Shown here: positions 43,909 to 53,665 of the stretch, in pieces
Layout of the letters: the number at the start of each line of letters is the position of its first letter
Numbering within the stretch: position 1 is the stretch's first letter
From: Verrucomicrobiota bacterium
Lineage (GTDB): Bacteria; Verrucomicrobiota; Verrucomicrobiia; Limisphaerales; UBA11358
Assembly (NCBI GenBank): GCA_049523555.1
Contig: JBEKMU010000010.1
Coordinates: 1,395 to 65,394 of the forward strand
Direction of reading: 5' to 3'
DNA length: 64,000 bases
Translations under genes and position numbers: made by a program
The notes under the pieces: generated by a model
The model's input: only the letters and a program-made list of their open reading frames with translations
The model's database searches: none
Told to the model about the DNA's origin: nothing

Positions 43909-46900
43909 ATGAAAACGGCCACAAAAATAATCAGGACGGTTTTAATTTCTGCCGGCCTTATTGCATCGTCGGGATTTATCTACGGCCAAGAAACCACCGT
44001 GCAAGCTCAATCCGTCCTTGGCAGTGCCGACCAGCCGGTCAGCCAGCCCGATTCAATAGTGCGGGTTGTAGCGGACTCGCAAGGATTGTCCCTAGTGCCG
44101 CTTGACCAACTGCCCAAAGCCGGAACTTTCTGGACAGTCGGTGGCAACGGGTTATGCCCAGTGCCATATCCTTGTCCGCCCAGCGACCCAAACGCGATTT
44201 TTTACGCCCTTGGCCCGGATGGAGTTTTCCTCGTGGATACCACCGACGGTACTGCGCCGCAGCCGACCAGACGTCAAGCCATGCTTGGCGTAAGCACTTC
44301 CACTCTTGTTCAGGCGCAGGTGGATAGCGTGCTGAATTTAATCGTTCAGCAACAGACAGTGCAGATGAACGCGGAGTTGGGTGTGCCGTTTCCGAGTGGT
44401 AGCGGTGACAGCGGCGGAGCAGGCTCGGATTTCACTTCAAGCTACACGGCCCCGAATTATGGCACGAATCTTTGGATTGCGAATTTCGCATTATCATCGG
44501 GCAACGCGGTGGGTATGGTTTCAAATACAACAGCGGACATCTCCTACGAAATTCAATACGTCCATGATTTAACCAGCACGCAGTGGTTGAGTGGAGGTTT
44601 TATTCTCGGCTCGGAACTGACCAACTGGACGGCGCTGGTTATGACCAATGCTTTGAGCCTGACCAACAATTTGTTCGTGCGCATCCGGTCATGGGCGAGC
44701 AGCGACGGAAGTGGTTTGCCGGATTGGTGGGAATTGCAGAATTTCGGCTACCTCGGGGTAGACCCCTACGGAAACCCAATGGGTGATGGATGGAATAATC
44801 TCTACAAATTCCAGCATGGGATGAACCCGAATGTGTTTTACACACCGCCCGCACCACAAGGATTGACCGTTTCTTACAATGCCAACAACAACACGGCAGT
44901 CATAAGCTGGCAGCCTTCACCCGGCTCGGTCGCGGGCTACACGGTGACACGCAATAACAACGGTACTATAACCACATTCAACTTTTCAGCCGGCACCACC
45001 AGTTTCACTGACACTACACAACCCCAAACACCAAATCTGTCCAATTGGACAAGAGGGCCTGTGTCCTATAACCCGACTTACCAAGTTCAAGCCCAATACA
45101 CCGGTGGTCACTCATCAGCATCGAGTGCCACTGTGAATCTTCTCGGTTCTCAAAATTCAGTGTCTGTCAGTGTGGTTCCCGGCGCGCAAAACTCTCAAAA
45201 TTTGGTGGTGTCCAGTATTCCACAGAATACGCCAACCATCCACATCACACGTATGGGGCCTTGGAATCAATCCGGCCAACCACAAGGCGATACGACGGTC
45301 ACCATATTTAATATTCCTATTACCAGCTTGATCAATGGTGTTTACCCATTATCCGAATCGCAGTCCATGCCACCTGACGGCAGTTTCTACACTTGGTGGG
45401 CACAAACGATTCCTACCAATGGCAGTCCCAGTGCCGCTACAGGTCCCGCCACGACCTTCTTGGGAACGACCCTCTTTTATGATGGACGGGTGCAACTGAA
45501 GCAGGATCTGATTTTTCAGTTACGCGCGGCCATGATGGATTACCCCTTCGGCTATTACGTCGGGAGCGACTATTACAATTTGTTTGGATTTTTTTATCCG
45601 GCCAGTTACACTTATTCGGGTTTTTATCCGACATTCGATGGACAAGGCCATCCCATCGACACGGTGGGGTCGTTTGACGCTTTTCTGCCGTTTGAAAACA
45701 ATTATTATTATCGAAACTTAGTGTTCAATCTGTCAGATGTGAACCAAGGATTTCCGACAACGGGCATTTGGGGGATTACCGTGCCTTACGTGATACTTTC
45801 AAACTCGGTTGTAGCTTACCAATTCCAAGCACCTGCTACCAATGGTGCTTCCATTCCGGCCTTACTGGGAACAAATGATGCGCGCTGGTTGGGAGCAGGG
45901 TCATATTTTGTGGGATCTTCATTGCCACTGAATGAAATTGGCGTCAGTTTTGACGTAAGTGGTTACCATTTAGCCAGCAGCGCCAGAAACTATTTTGGGC
46001 TGCCTTTTTTGTCGGCGGAGATTGCCTATGCGTCAGGAGGCAGCACGGCGACCACCACACTCAATGCCGGCGGCAGCACCACCCAAGGAGGCTATTTTTA
46101 TACGGAAACCGCCCAGCCGCGGTTCCAGACTCTGGAGTATGATTTCTGGCAGCCAGCGGCAGGCAAACTACCGGGGATGGCCAGTTTTTCTCCGACCAAC
46201 ACAACGACATCTAAGTTCATTGGTGGCGTGGGGCAATACATGCCCAAGATTGTTGGTTACGCCAAACTTGCGGTCACTAACGGCTATTCCGGTGTGTATG
46301 CCTACTTGGGCCAATACTTTGATCAAGCTTACATCGAGAACACAAATGGCGTTGCCACCACTAATTCTGCTGGTCTTGTGACGCCTTACGGCGATTTCTT
46401 TCCAACCTACCCAGGCCCGGCGGCATTGGTGACGATGCCAGACATTGACCCGCCCTACCAACGAGGCACCTGCACGGTTTATTGCGTCAGCTTGGCCCTC
46501 GACAAAAATCATGACGGCAACATGGATTTGTCGTGGAGCGGCTCGGATGCCACGTCGGCCAGCAGCCCCATGGAATTTTGGGTGAATTCCGGGAATGACA
46601 AACCGGGCAGTGGTGGCAACCTGGACAAAGACTTGCCGGTGCCGCAGAATCCACCAAATAGCTCCTACGGGCAAATTCGCTGTCAGCGAAACCTCGAAAA
46701 CTTCGCCCGGTTGTGGGTTTGCGGAACACCGGCGCTTTCATATTCGCAAAACAACTATCTGGTAAATCTGACATGGCAAAACGTGAGCAGCGGTAGTCCC
46801 AGTATTAACATTTATCGGGCTTGTGAAACTAATGGTGGAATTGGCTACTTGACCAACTCCGCTACCGCAGCCATTCAAACAACCAACGCTGCCTATGGCA

Positions 46901-48102
46901 CAACTTTATATGGTGGTACTGTTACCAACGGCAGCACGTTTTGGTTCCCGCTAAATGAATTTACGAACGCGGGAGATCATCACTACCTATTTGAAGGCGC
47001 GGGCGCTGGTTCTGGTGAACTGGTGATGACCATTACCCAAAACGGCAACACCATCGCTCAAGCATCGGCCTGGCTGGATTTGCATGACATCAAAGATTTT
47101 TACGAACGCGCAGTCATCACGAACAATTTGAGCGGAGCCATCAGCAATTGGAGCAGTGCGGTTAAAACGTTGCAATATGCTTCATCTTCCGCTCTCGGCA
47201 ACGACACCAACCTCATTGTTTTTGTGCATGGCATCAATGTGGATAATGTGGACTGGCTGGATGATAGCGACACGGTGTTCAAACGGTTGTATTGGGCTGG
47301 CTTTCAAGGCCAGTTCGTGACGGTGGATTGGCCGTGCAATTTCTTCGACTGGTCATTATTGAAAACTCAAACATCCGTTTTCAACCAGAGCGAAATCAAA
47401 GCTTACAAGGCCAGCGCAACATTCGCGGCTTACCTGACTCAATTGCGCGCTTGGTTTGCTGGTTATCGTTTGCATCTTTTTGTTCACAGCCAGGGAAATG
47501 CCATGGTGAGCGAGGCGATAAGACAGAGTGGCATTTCCTTCGACACTTACATTCTCACCCAAGGGGCATTGCCAGCCAGTGCTTACGATGTGAATGCGCC
47601 AACAAACACATCCTTGCAAGTAGCCGAATCCGTCTATGGAACCCCCGAATCGCAACCGATGGGGTATCGTGGCATTTACACAAATCTGACCGGAAGAATT
47701 GTCAATTTTTACAATACGCTTGATCCGGTTCTGAATTGGTGGATAACGGACCAAGAAGGGGGAAAACCCGACGGTTATGCCGAAAATCTGATCGTCCCCT
47801 GTACTTACTACACATTCGATGGAGCCAACGGTTGGCATCACAACATTTTCGGTTCTATTGACTATCAGGTTACAGACCCAGAGGAATCCCGCGCCATGAT
47901 TTCACGTTCACTTACCCTGCCGATTGGACAAAGCGGGCCTGCATCTGGACATGGTGTTATTCAATCTGCGGTTGACCTTCACGCGAACTTTAATTTCGGC
48001 AATACGTCTTTTGATGACCACAGCGCACAGTGGGCGTGGCCAATCCAAACGACTTTGCCTTATTATAGGCAAATTCTTCTACAAATCCAACCCACACCAT
48101 GA
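43909..48102 (+). CDS. 1397-aa secreted protein with FN3-like module and C-terminal DUF900-type alpha/beta hydrolase domain
   Basis: Signal peptide MKTATKIIRTVLISAGLIASSGFIYG. DGSGLPDWWELQNFG motif and a PPAPQGLTV... FN3-like module. C-terminal LIVFVHGINVDN...LHLFVHSQGNAMV matches the DUF900 pattern (FVHG..., AHSMGN). Confidence 0.75.
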   Translation: MKTATKIIRTVLISAGLIASSGFIYGQETTVQAQSVLGSADQPVSQPDSIVRVVADSQGLSLVPLDQLPKAGTFWTVGGNGLCPVPYPCPPSDPNAIFYALGPDGVFLVDTTDGTAPQPTRRQAMLGVSTSTLVQAQVDSVLNLIVQQQTVQMNAELGVPFPSGSGDSGGAGSDFTSSYTAPNYGTNLWIANFALSSGNAVGMVSNTTADISYEIQYVHDLTSTQWLSGGFILGSELTNWTALVMTNALSLTNNLFVRIRSWASSDGSGLPDWWELQNFGYLGVDPYGNPMGDGWNNLYKFQHGMNPNVFYTPPAPQGLTVSYNANNNTAVISWQPSPGSVAGYTVTRNNNGTITTFNFSAGTTSFTDTTQPQTPNLSNWTRGPVSYNPTYQVQAQYTGGHSSASSATVNLLGSQNSVSVSVVPGAQNSQNLVVSSIPQNTPTIHITRMGPWNQSGQPQGDTTVTIFNIPITSLINGVYPLSESQSMPPDGSFYTWWAQTIPTNGSPSAATGPATTFLGTTLFYDGRVQLKQDLIFQLRAAMMDYPFGYYVGSDYYNLFGFFYPASYTYSGFYPTFDGQGHPIDTVGSFDAFLPFENNYYYRNLVFNLSDVNQGFPTTGIWGITVPYVILSNSVVAYQFQAPATNGASIPALLGTNDARWLGAGSYFVGSSLPLNEIGVSFDVSGYHLASSARNYFGLPFLSAEIAYASGGSTATTTLNAGGSTTQGGYFYTETAQPRFQTLEYDFWQPAAGKLPGMASFSPTNTTTSKFIGGVGQYMPKIVGYAKLAVTNGYSGVYAYLGQYFDQAYIENTNGVATTNSAGLVTPYGDFFPTYPGPAALVTMPDIDPPYQRGTCTVYCVSLALDKNHDGNMDLSWSGSDATSASSPMEFWVNSGNDKPGSGGNLDKDLPVPQNPPNSSYGQIRCQRNLENFARLWVCGTPALSYSQNNYLVNLTWQNVSSGSPSINIYRACETNGGIGYLTNSATAAIQTTNAAYGTTLYGGTVTNGSTFWFPLNEFTNAGDHHYLFEGAGAGSGELVMTITQNGNTIAQASAWLDLHDIKDFYERAVITNNLSGAISNWSSAVKTLQYASSSALGNDTNLIVFVHGINVDNVDWLDDSDTVFKRLYWAGFQGQFVTVDWPCNFFDWSLLKTQTSVFNQSEIKAYKASATFAAYLTQLRAWFAGYRLHLFVHSQGNAMVSEAIRQSGISFDTYILTQGALPASAYDVNAPTNTSLQVAESVYGTPESQPMGYRGIYTNLTGRIVNFYNTLDPVLNWWITDQEGGKPDGYAENLIVPCTYYTFDGANGWHHNIFGSIDYQVTDPEESRAMISRSLTLPIGQSGPASGHGVIQSAVDLHANFNFGNTSFDDHSAQWAWPIQTTLPYYRQILLQIQPTP

Positions 48103-49139
48103 GAAAACGAATCTGGATACCCTGCATTGTCGTCTTGGTTGTTTGCCTGTTGTTGGTGCTGTTTAGGCCGACACAACATCAAACCACCACCTTACCTGTG
48201 CAAAGTGTGGCGCCCACTAACCAGCTAGAGCAACCAGAGCAGCCGAAGGTCGTCGAACATCATCAAATCACAAATATTTCGGGAATCCCACCGCTTCCGC
48301 CATCCGCATCGCCTCTTGCCAAATCTCTCGCCGAGACAAATCCATTGGTTGCAAGGGAGTTGGCGTTGTGGCAAGCACCCATCGAGTTTTACGGCAAAGT
48401 GATCGATGAAAACAGCAACGCAGTGGCTAGAGCGCAGGTGAGCTTTCACTGGATGGAGATGCCGACCACAGATGGCAGCAGATCATCTAACACGGAAAGT
48501 GATTCTGAAGGATTGTTCTCCTTGCATGGCGCACTCGGGCCGAGCCTGACTGTTTCGGTCAGCAAGGAAGGTTATTACACGTCCCGATCAACACCCGACG
48601 GTTTCCACTATTCTTTGGGAAATGAGCTATTTCACCCCGATTCGTTAAATCCAGTTGTGTTTCATTTGCGAAAAAAGGGGAACGGCGAATCATTGATTCA
48701 AACGGATTTTCCTCCCGGAATGCAGATCGCCCAACTCCATCACGACGGAACGCCAATAGAACTAGATTTACTCAACGGCACCAGAGTTTCCGCTGGAAGC
48801 GGTCAACTTAAATTGGAATTTTGGAGGGACATTTCCAATATGAATAAACAACCGTTTGATTGGAAACTTCAGTTTTCGGCCCCCGGTGGCGGCCTTGTTC
48901 CAACCGATGAGGAATTTGCCTTTGAAGCTCCAGAGAATGGATACCAATCTTCGATTGTAATTGATATGCCGGCAACAAACCAAAACTGGCTCGGAGAGAT
49001 TCGCAGAAAGTATTACATCCAATTGTCCAATGGCAATTATGGGCGGATTGATTTTTATCTTTTGCCCTATAACGGCGTTATTACCGTCCATTCCGCCATC
49101 AACCCATCTGGCTCGCGGAATTTGGAGCCAAACAATTGA
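48099..49139 (+). CDS. membrane-anchored protein with carboxypeptidase-regulatory-like beta-sandwich domain
   Basis: ATGA start/stop overlap with the upstream gene. N-terminal helix IWIPCIVVLVVCLLLVLF. FYGKVIDENSNAVARAQVSF...SDSEGLFSL. Confidence 0.65.
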   Translation: MRKRIWIPCIVVLVVCLLLVLFRPTQHQTTTLPVQSVAPTNQLEQPEQPKVVEHHQITNISGIPPLPPSASPLAKSLAETNPLVARELALWQAPIEFYGKVIDENSNAVARAQVSFHWMEMPTTDGSRSSNTESDSEGLFSLHGALGPSLTVSVSKEGYYTSRSTPDGFHYSLGNELFHPDSLNPVVFHLRKKGNGESLIQTDFPPGMQIAQLHHDGTPIELDLLNGTRVSAGSGQLKLEFWRDISNMNKQPFDWKLQFSAPGGGLVPTDEEFAFEAPENGYQSSIVIDMPATNQNWLGEIRRKYYIQLSNGNYGRIDFYLLPYNGVITVHSAINPSGSRNLEPNN

Positions 49140-49621
49140 CCGTGAAAAAATGCAGCTATTGCGGTCGTGAGAACGCGGACGATGCCGACCATTGCTATGA
49201 GTGTGGGACGGCATTTCATCCCGAAAGGGAAACTAGACGAAGCGAGAAAGCAGGCACTCTTTTCGGGTTTGTCGGGCGTCCTATTTCCCCTTGGGTCAAA
49301 TGGGGACTTTATTTTGCTGCTTGGGGTGCTGTCGTGCTTGCGGCCATCAATAGGAATAATGCCCACCTTCTTGCAATTCTAGCTTTTCCGATTGGTTTGT
49401 TGGGCATCATGCCCTTTAATATAGCAGCCGCGGCGGTATTGCTGGTGGGTTGGGTAGTGATCTTCCTCGGCTGGACAATTTATATTGTACTCACAATAGC
49501 CTTAGGTCGCGCAAAACGAGTCAGCGTCTTTTCGTTACTTTATGTTTTGTTTTGCATCCTGCTCGCAGTAAACGTCGCTGGCTGCAAAAAGTTGCTCGAA
49601 ACCGCTGCGGGCATTCATTGA
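49136..49621 (+). CDS. zinc-ribbon + 4-TM membrane protein
   Basis: CSYCGRENADDADHCYECG followed by four hydrophobic helices. Overlaps the upstream stop. Confidence 0.6.
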   Translation: MTVKKCSYCGRENADDADHCYECGTAFHPERETRRSEKAGTLFGFVGRPISPWVKWGLYFAAWGAVVLAAINRNNAHLLAILAFPIGLLGIMPFNIAAAAVLLVGWVVIFLGWTIYIVLTIALGRAKRVSVFSLLYVLFCILLAVNVAGCKKLLETAAGIH

Positions 49622-49719
49622 TAAGTGAAACCGATGAAGAATTTCCTTTGAAGGCTCTTTCCCCTTGCACAGCGAACGGGCTCTCCTACCCTTTGGCAAT
49701 GAATCCATTCTGAACCGCG

Positions 49720-52269
49720 ATGAAAAGATCACAATTCGCCCCCGGCCTTTTTGTCCTGCTGTTTTCCATTTCAACCTTTGTCGTTCAATCCCGGGCGGAA
49801 ACCGGCTACGACGGCTGGCTCCGCTACGAACAAATTGACGCTGCCCCGGTCAAAAGAAATTACGACGAATCACTGCCCGCAGTTGTAGTGACTTTGGGCA
49901 GTTCCGAGGTCGCCCAATCGGCCCAAAACGAGTTGATTCGCGGTGTGCGCAGAATGCTGGGCAGAACCTTGCGAATTGAAACGGCGTTGCCCAATGAAAA
50001 TGCCATCCTGCTCGGCACGTTTGACGAGATCAAAAAAGCGGTTCCGACTTTCAACGCGCCGGCGGATTTGAAGGAGGACGGGTTTTATTTGCAAACGGTT
50101 TCGGTTGATGAACGCAAAGTGCTCATCATTACCGCGCCAAACGAGCGCGGCGTGCTTTACGGCACGTTCACCTTGTTGCGGGAAATGTCGCTGTATGAAC
50201 CGATTTCAACGCTCGATGAAATGGAAAGCCCTTATGCGCCGGTCCGCATCATCAATCAATGGGACAATCTCGACGGCGCCATCGAGCGCGGTTACGCCGG
50301 AAGATCTGTTTTTTGGAACAACGGGCACATCGTCAAAGACCTGACGCGCGCGGGCGATTACGCGCGCCTGCTGGCGTCGCTCGGCATCAACGGCTGCTCC
50401 ATCAACAATGTCAATGCCGACGCGCGGGCCATCCAAACCGATTATTTGCCGGAACTCAAACGGGTGGCCGCCGCGTTTCGCCCCTGGGGCGTGAAGTTGT
50501 TTGTTTCCGTCAATTTCGGCAGTCCGAAAAAAATCGGCGGGCTGGACACGTTTGATCCGCTCGACCCGCGCGTGATTGATTTTTGGAAAAACAAGGTGGA
50601 CGAAATTTACGCGGCGATTCCCGATTTCGGTGGGTTCATCATGAAGGCGGATTCCGAGGGCGAACTCGGCCCGTCGGCCTACGGCCGCACGCATGCCGAT
50701 GCGGCAAACGTGGTCGCCCGCCCGCTCAAAGCTCACGGCGGGATCGTTTTCTATCGCGGTTTCGTTTACAACCATCATGCGGACTGGCGCAATTTGAAGA
50801 ACGACCGCGCCAAGGCCGCTTACGACAATTTTCACCCGCTCGACGGGAAATTCGACGACAACGTCATCATCCAGATCAAAAACGGGCCGATTGATTTTCA
50901 GGTGCACGAACCGGCGTCGCCGCTGTTCGGCGGCCTGGAAAAAACGGCCATGGCGATTGAACTGCAAATCACCCAGGAATATCTCGGCCAACAGCGGCAC
51001 TTGTGCTTTGAAGTGCCGATGTGGAAGGAAACGCTCGATTTCGACCTGCATGCGAAAGGCACAAATACACCGGTCAAGGCGCTGGTTGCCGGAAAGGTTT
51101 TCGACCAAACAACCGGTGGAATTGCCGGCGTGGCCAATGTCGGCCTCGACACCAACTGGCTCGGCCATCCGCTCGCGCTGGCGAATCTCTACGGCTTCGG
51201 CCGCCTCGCGTGGGATCCGGATTTGAGCAGCACACAAATTGCCAACGAATGGACGAAGTTGACCTTCGGTCACGACCCACAGGTCGTCAGAACGATTTCC
51301 GACATGCAATTGAATTCGTGGCGCATTTACGAAAATTGCACCGGCCCGCTCGGCGTCGGCGGATTGACGGACATCATCGAAGTCCATTATGGCCCGGGCA
51401 TCGAATCGTCAGAACGCAACGGCTGGGGGCAATGGCATCGCGGTGACGAGCATGGCATTGGCATGGACCGCACCGTCGCGACCGGCACCGGTTACACCGC
51501 GCAATATCATTCGCCTGTTTCGGACAGGTTCGAGTCGTTGCAAACCTGCCCTGACAAATTGCTGCTGTTCTTCCATCACGTGCCCTACAACCACGTTTTG
51601 CATTCCGGCAAAACCTTGATTCAGCACGTTTATGACACACATTACAAAGGCGCGGAGCAGGTGCAAAAACTGGTTGAGCAGTGGAAATCGCTCAAAGGCA
51701 AAATTGACGAACAACGTTACAATGAAACGCTGGTGCGCCTTGAATATCAAGTCGGCCACGCCATGGAGTGGCGCGATGCCGTTTGCCAGTGGTTTTTCAA
51801 AATGTCCGGCATCCCCGACAAGTATGGCCGTGTTGAAAACGACCCAAACCGCATCGAAGCCGAATCCATGAAACTGGACGGTTACGAAATTTTTGACGTG
51901 AAGCCGTGGGAGACTGCGTCCGGTGGCAAAGCGATCCGCATTACCAGCGCCGATGGCCACGGCTCGGCAAGTTTCAATTATACCGGCAAACCGGGCTGGT
52001 TTGATCTGGCAGTGCAATATTACGACCAGACCAACGGTGTTTCGCAGTACAAACTTTTCGTGGCCGGACAGAAGGTTGACCAATGGCTGGCGGACGACAT
52101 GTTGCCTTCCCGGAATATTCCGTCTGTTCCCAACGGTCACACCTCCACGCGGCACACCGCACGCGGCATTGCGCTGCGTCCGAACGATGAAATTCGCATT
52201 GATGCCATCGCCGACGGCGGCGAGAAGGCCCCCATTGATTACGTCGAAATCGAGCCGGCCTCACGTTGA
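49720..52269 (+). CDS. GH67 alpha-glucuronidase with C-terminal carbohydrate-binding-like module
   Basis: GYDGWLRYE, WDNLDG.IERGYAG, NNVNA, KADSEGE.GP, QIKNGPIDFQ and ELQITQEYLG blocks. Signal peptide and ~130 extra C-terminal residues. Confidence 0.88.
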   Translation: MKRSQFAPGLFVLLFSISTFVVQSRAETGYDGWLRYEQIDAAPVKRNYDESLPAVVVTLGSSEVAQSAQNELIRGVRRMLGRTLRIETALPNENAILLGTFDEIKKAVPTFNAPADLKEDGFYLQTVSVDERKVLIITAPNERGVLYGTFTLLREMSLYEPISTLDEMESPYAPVRIINQWDNLDGAIERGYAGRSVFWNNGHIVKDLTRAGDYARLLASLGINGCSINNVNADARAIQTDYLPELKRVAAAFRPWGVKLFVSVNFGSPKKIGGLDTFDPLDPRVIDFWKNKVDEIYAAIPDFGGFIMKADSEGELGPSAYGRTHADAANVVARPLKAHGGIVFYRGFVYNHHADWRNLKNDRAKAAYDNFHPLDGKFDDNVIIQIKNGPIDFQVHEPASPLFGGLEKTAMAIELQITQEYLGQQRHLCFEVPMWKETLDFDLHAKGTNTPVKALVAGKVFDQTTGGIAGVANVGLDTNWLGHPLALANLYGFGRLAWDPDLSSTQIANEWTKLTFGHDPQVVRTISDMQLNSWRIYENCTGPLGVGGLTDIIEVHYGPGIESSERNGWGQWHRGDEHGIGMDRTVATGTGYTAQYHSPVSDRFESLQTCPDKLLLFFHHVPYNHVLHSGKTLIQHVYDTHYKGAEQVQKLVEQWKSLKGKIDEQRYNETLVRLEYQVGHAMEWRDAVCQWFFKMSGIPDKYGRVENDPNRIEAESMKLDGYEIFDVKPWETASGGKAIRITSADGHGSASFNYTGKPGWFDLAVQYYDQTNGVSQYKLFVAGQKVDQWLADDMLPSRNIPSVPNGHTSTRHTARGIALRPNDEIRIDAIADGGEKAPIDYVEIEPASR

Positions 52270-52326
52270 ACGCGTTCACATTCATATTTCTCGCAAGAGT
52301 TTAACTGCCAGTCATTGGCTGACTTA

Positions 52327-52368
52327 GCGAATTAGCCGGACACACATGGCGAATTAGCTGGACACATG
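52327..52368 (+). promoter_or_regulatory. tandem direct repeat upstream of fdh (candidate regulator binding site)
   Basis: GCGAATTAGCCGGACACACATG followed directly by GCGAATTAGCTGGACACATG, ~50 nt upstream of the fdh ATG. Confidence 0.35.
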
Positions 52369-52415
52369 CAGCGGTTTCCTCCACGTTTTGACCGAACATC
52401 AACCAAATAAAAGCC

Positions 52416-53621
52416 ATGTCTAAAGTCCTCTGTGTTTTATACGACGACCCCGAGACGGGGTATCCCAAATCCTACGCGCGCAACGATATTCCCAGGCTGG
52501 CACGCTATCCCGACGGCCAGACACTACCGACGCCGAAGCAAATTGATTTCCGTCCGGGAGACCTCCTGGGCTGTGTTTCCGGCGAACTCGGCCTGCGCAA
52601 ATTTCTTGAAAGTCTGGGGCACAAGCTCGTCGTCACCTCGGACAAGGACGGCGCGGGTTCCGTTTTTGAAAAAGAACTGGCCGATGCGGAAGTTGTCATT
52701 TCACAGCCGTTCTGGCCGGCCTACCTGACGGCGGCGCGCATCGCCAAGGCACCCAAGTTGAAACTGGCCATCACTGCGGGCATCGGCTCCGACCACGTTG
52801 ACTTGCAGGCCGCGATGGAACGCAAGATCACCGTGGCCGAGGTCACCTGGTGCAACAGCATCAGCGTTTCCGAACACGCCGTGATGATGATACTGGCGCT
52901 GGTGCGCAATTACATCCCGTCTTACCAGTGGGTCGTCAAAGGCGGCTGGAACATCGCCGATTGCGTCGAGCGGTCTTACGATCTGGAAGGCATGAGCGTC
53001 GGAACGGTGGCGTCCGGTCGCATCGGCCTGGCCGTGCTGAAACGGCTGAAACCATTTGATGTCAAACTGCATTACACCGACCGGCACCGGCTGCCGCCGC
53101 AGATCGAAAAGGAACTGGGCCTGACCTATCATCCCAACGTCGAATCACTCGTGAAGGTTTGCGACGTGATTTCCATCCATTGCCCGTTGCATCCCGAAAC
53201 CGAGCACATGTTCAACGAGAAACTCATCAGCCAGATGAAACGCGGCTCGTATATCGTGAACACCGCGCGCGGCAAAATCTGCGACCGCGACGCCATCGCC
53301 CGCGCGCTGAAGAACGGCCAACTGGCCGGGTACGCCGGCGACGTCTGGTTCCCGCAACCGCCGCCGAAGGATCATCCGTGGCGGACGATGCCGCACCACG
53401 GCATGACGCCGCACACATCGGGCACGAGCCTCTCGGCGCAGGCGCGTTACGCCGCCGGCACCCGTGAAATTCTGGAATGCTGGTTTGAAAAACGCCCGAT
53501 CCGGCCCGAATACCTGATTGTAGATGGCGGCAAACTGGCCGGGACCGGCGCGCATTCCTACAGTGCCGGCAATGCCACCGGTGGCTCGGAGGAAGCTGCA
53601 AAATTCAAGAAAAGCAAATAG
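52416..53621 (+). CDS. fdh: NAD-dependent formate dehydrogenase
   Basis: MSKVLCVLYDDPETGYPKSYARNDIP...GQTLPTPKQIDF..G.LLG.VSGELGLRKFLES.GH.LVVTSDKDG is near-identical in pattern to Pseudomonas sp. 101 FDH. The C-terminus ends GNATGGSEEAAKFKK. Confidence 0.95.
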   Translation: MSKVLCVLYDDPETGYPKSYARNDIPRLARYPDGQTLPTPKQIDFRPGDLLGCVSGELGLRKFLESLGHKLVVTSDKDGAGSVFEKELADAEVVISQPFWPAYLTAARIAKAPKLKLAITAGIGSDHVDLQAAMERKITVAEVTWCNSISVSEHAVMMILALVRNYIPSYQWVVKGGWNIADCVERSYDLEGMSVGTVASGRIGLAVLKRLKPFDVKLHYTDRHRLPPQIEKELGLTYHPNVESLVKVCDVISIHCPLHPETEHMFNEKLISQMKRGSYIVNTARGKICDRDAIARALKNGQLAGYAGDVWFPQPPPKDHPWRTMPHHGMTPHTSGTSLSAQARYAAGTREILECWFEKRPIRPEYLIVDGGKLAGTGAHSYSAGNATGGSEEAAKFKKSK

Positions 53622-53665
53622 CGCGGGACCTGTTCCCCGGTCTTTGCTGGGTACGATATCCCGGC
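53555..53665 (+). repeat. fdh 3' end plus downstream segment, copy A of a diverged duplication
   Basis: Aligns at roughly 80-85% with 55843..55949. Confidence 0.8.

Noticed and set aside
52416-53621. Possible selenocysteine or TGA recoding in formate dehydrogenase.
   Set aside because: This is the NAD-dependent, cofactor-free D-2-hydroxyacid-dehydrogenase-type FDH, which has no Sec. The ORF is uninterrupted.
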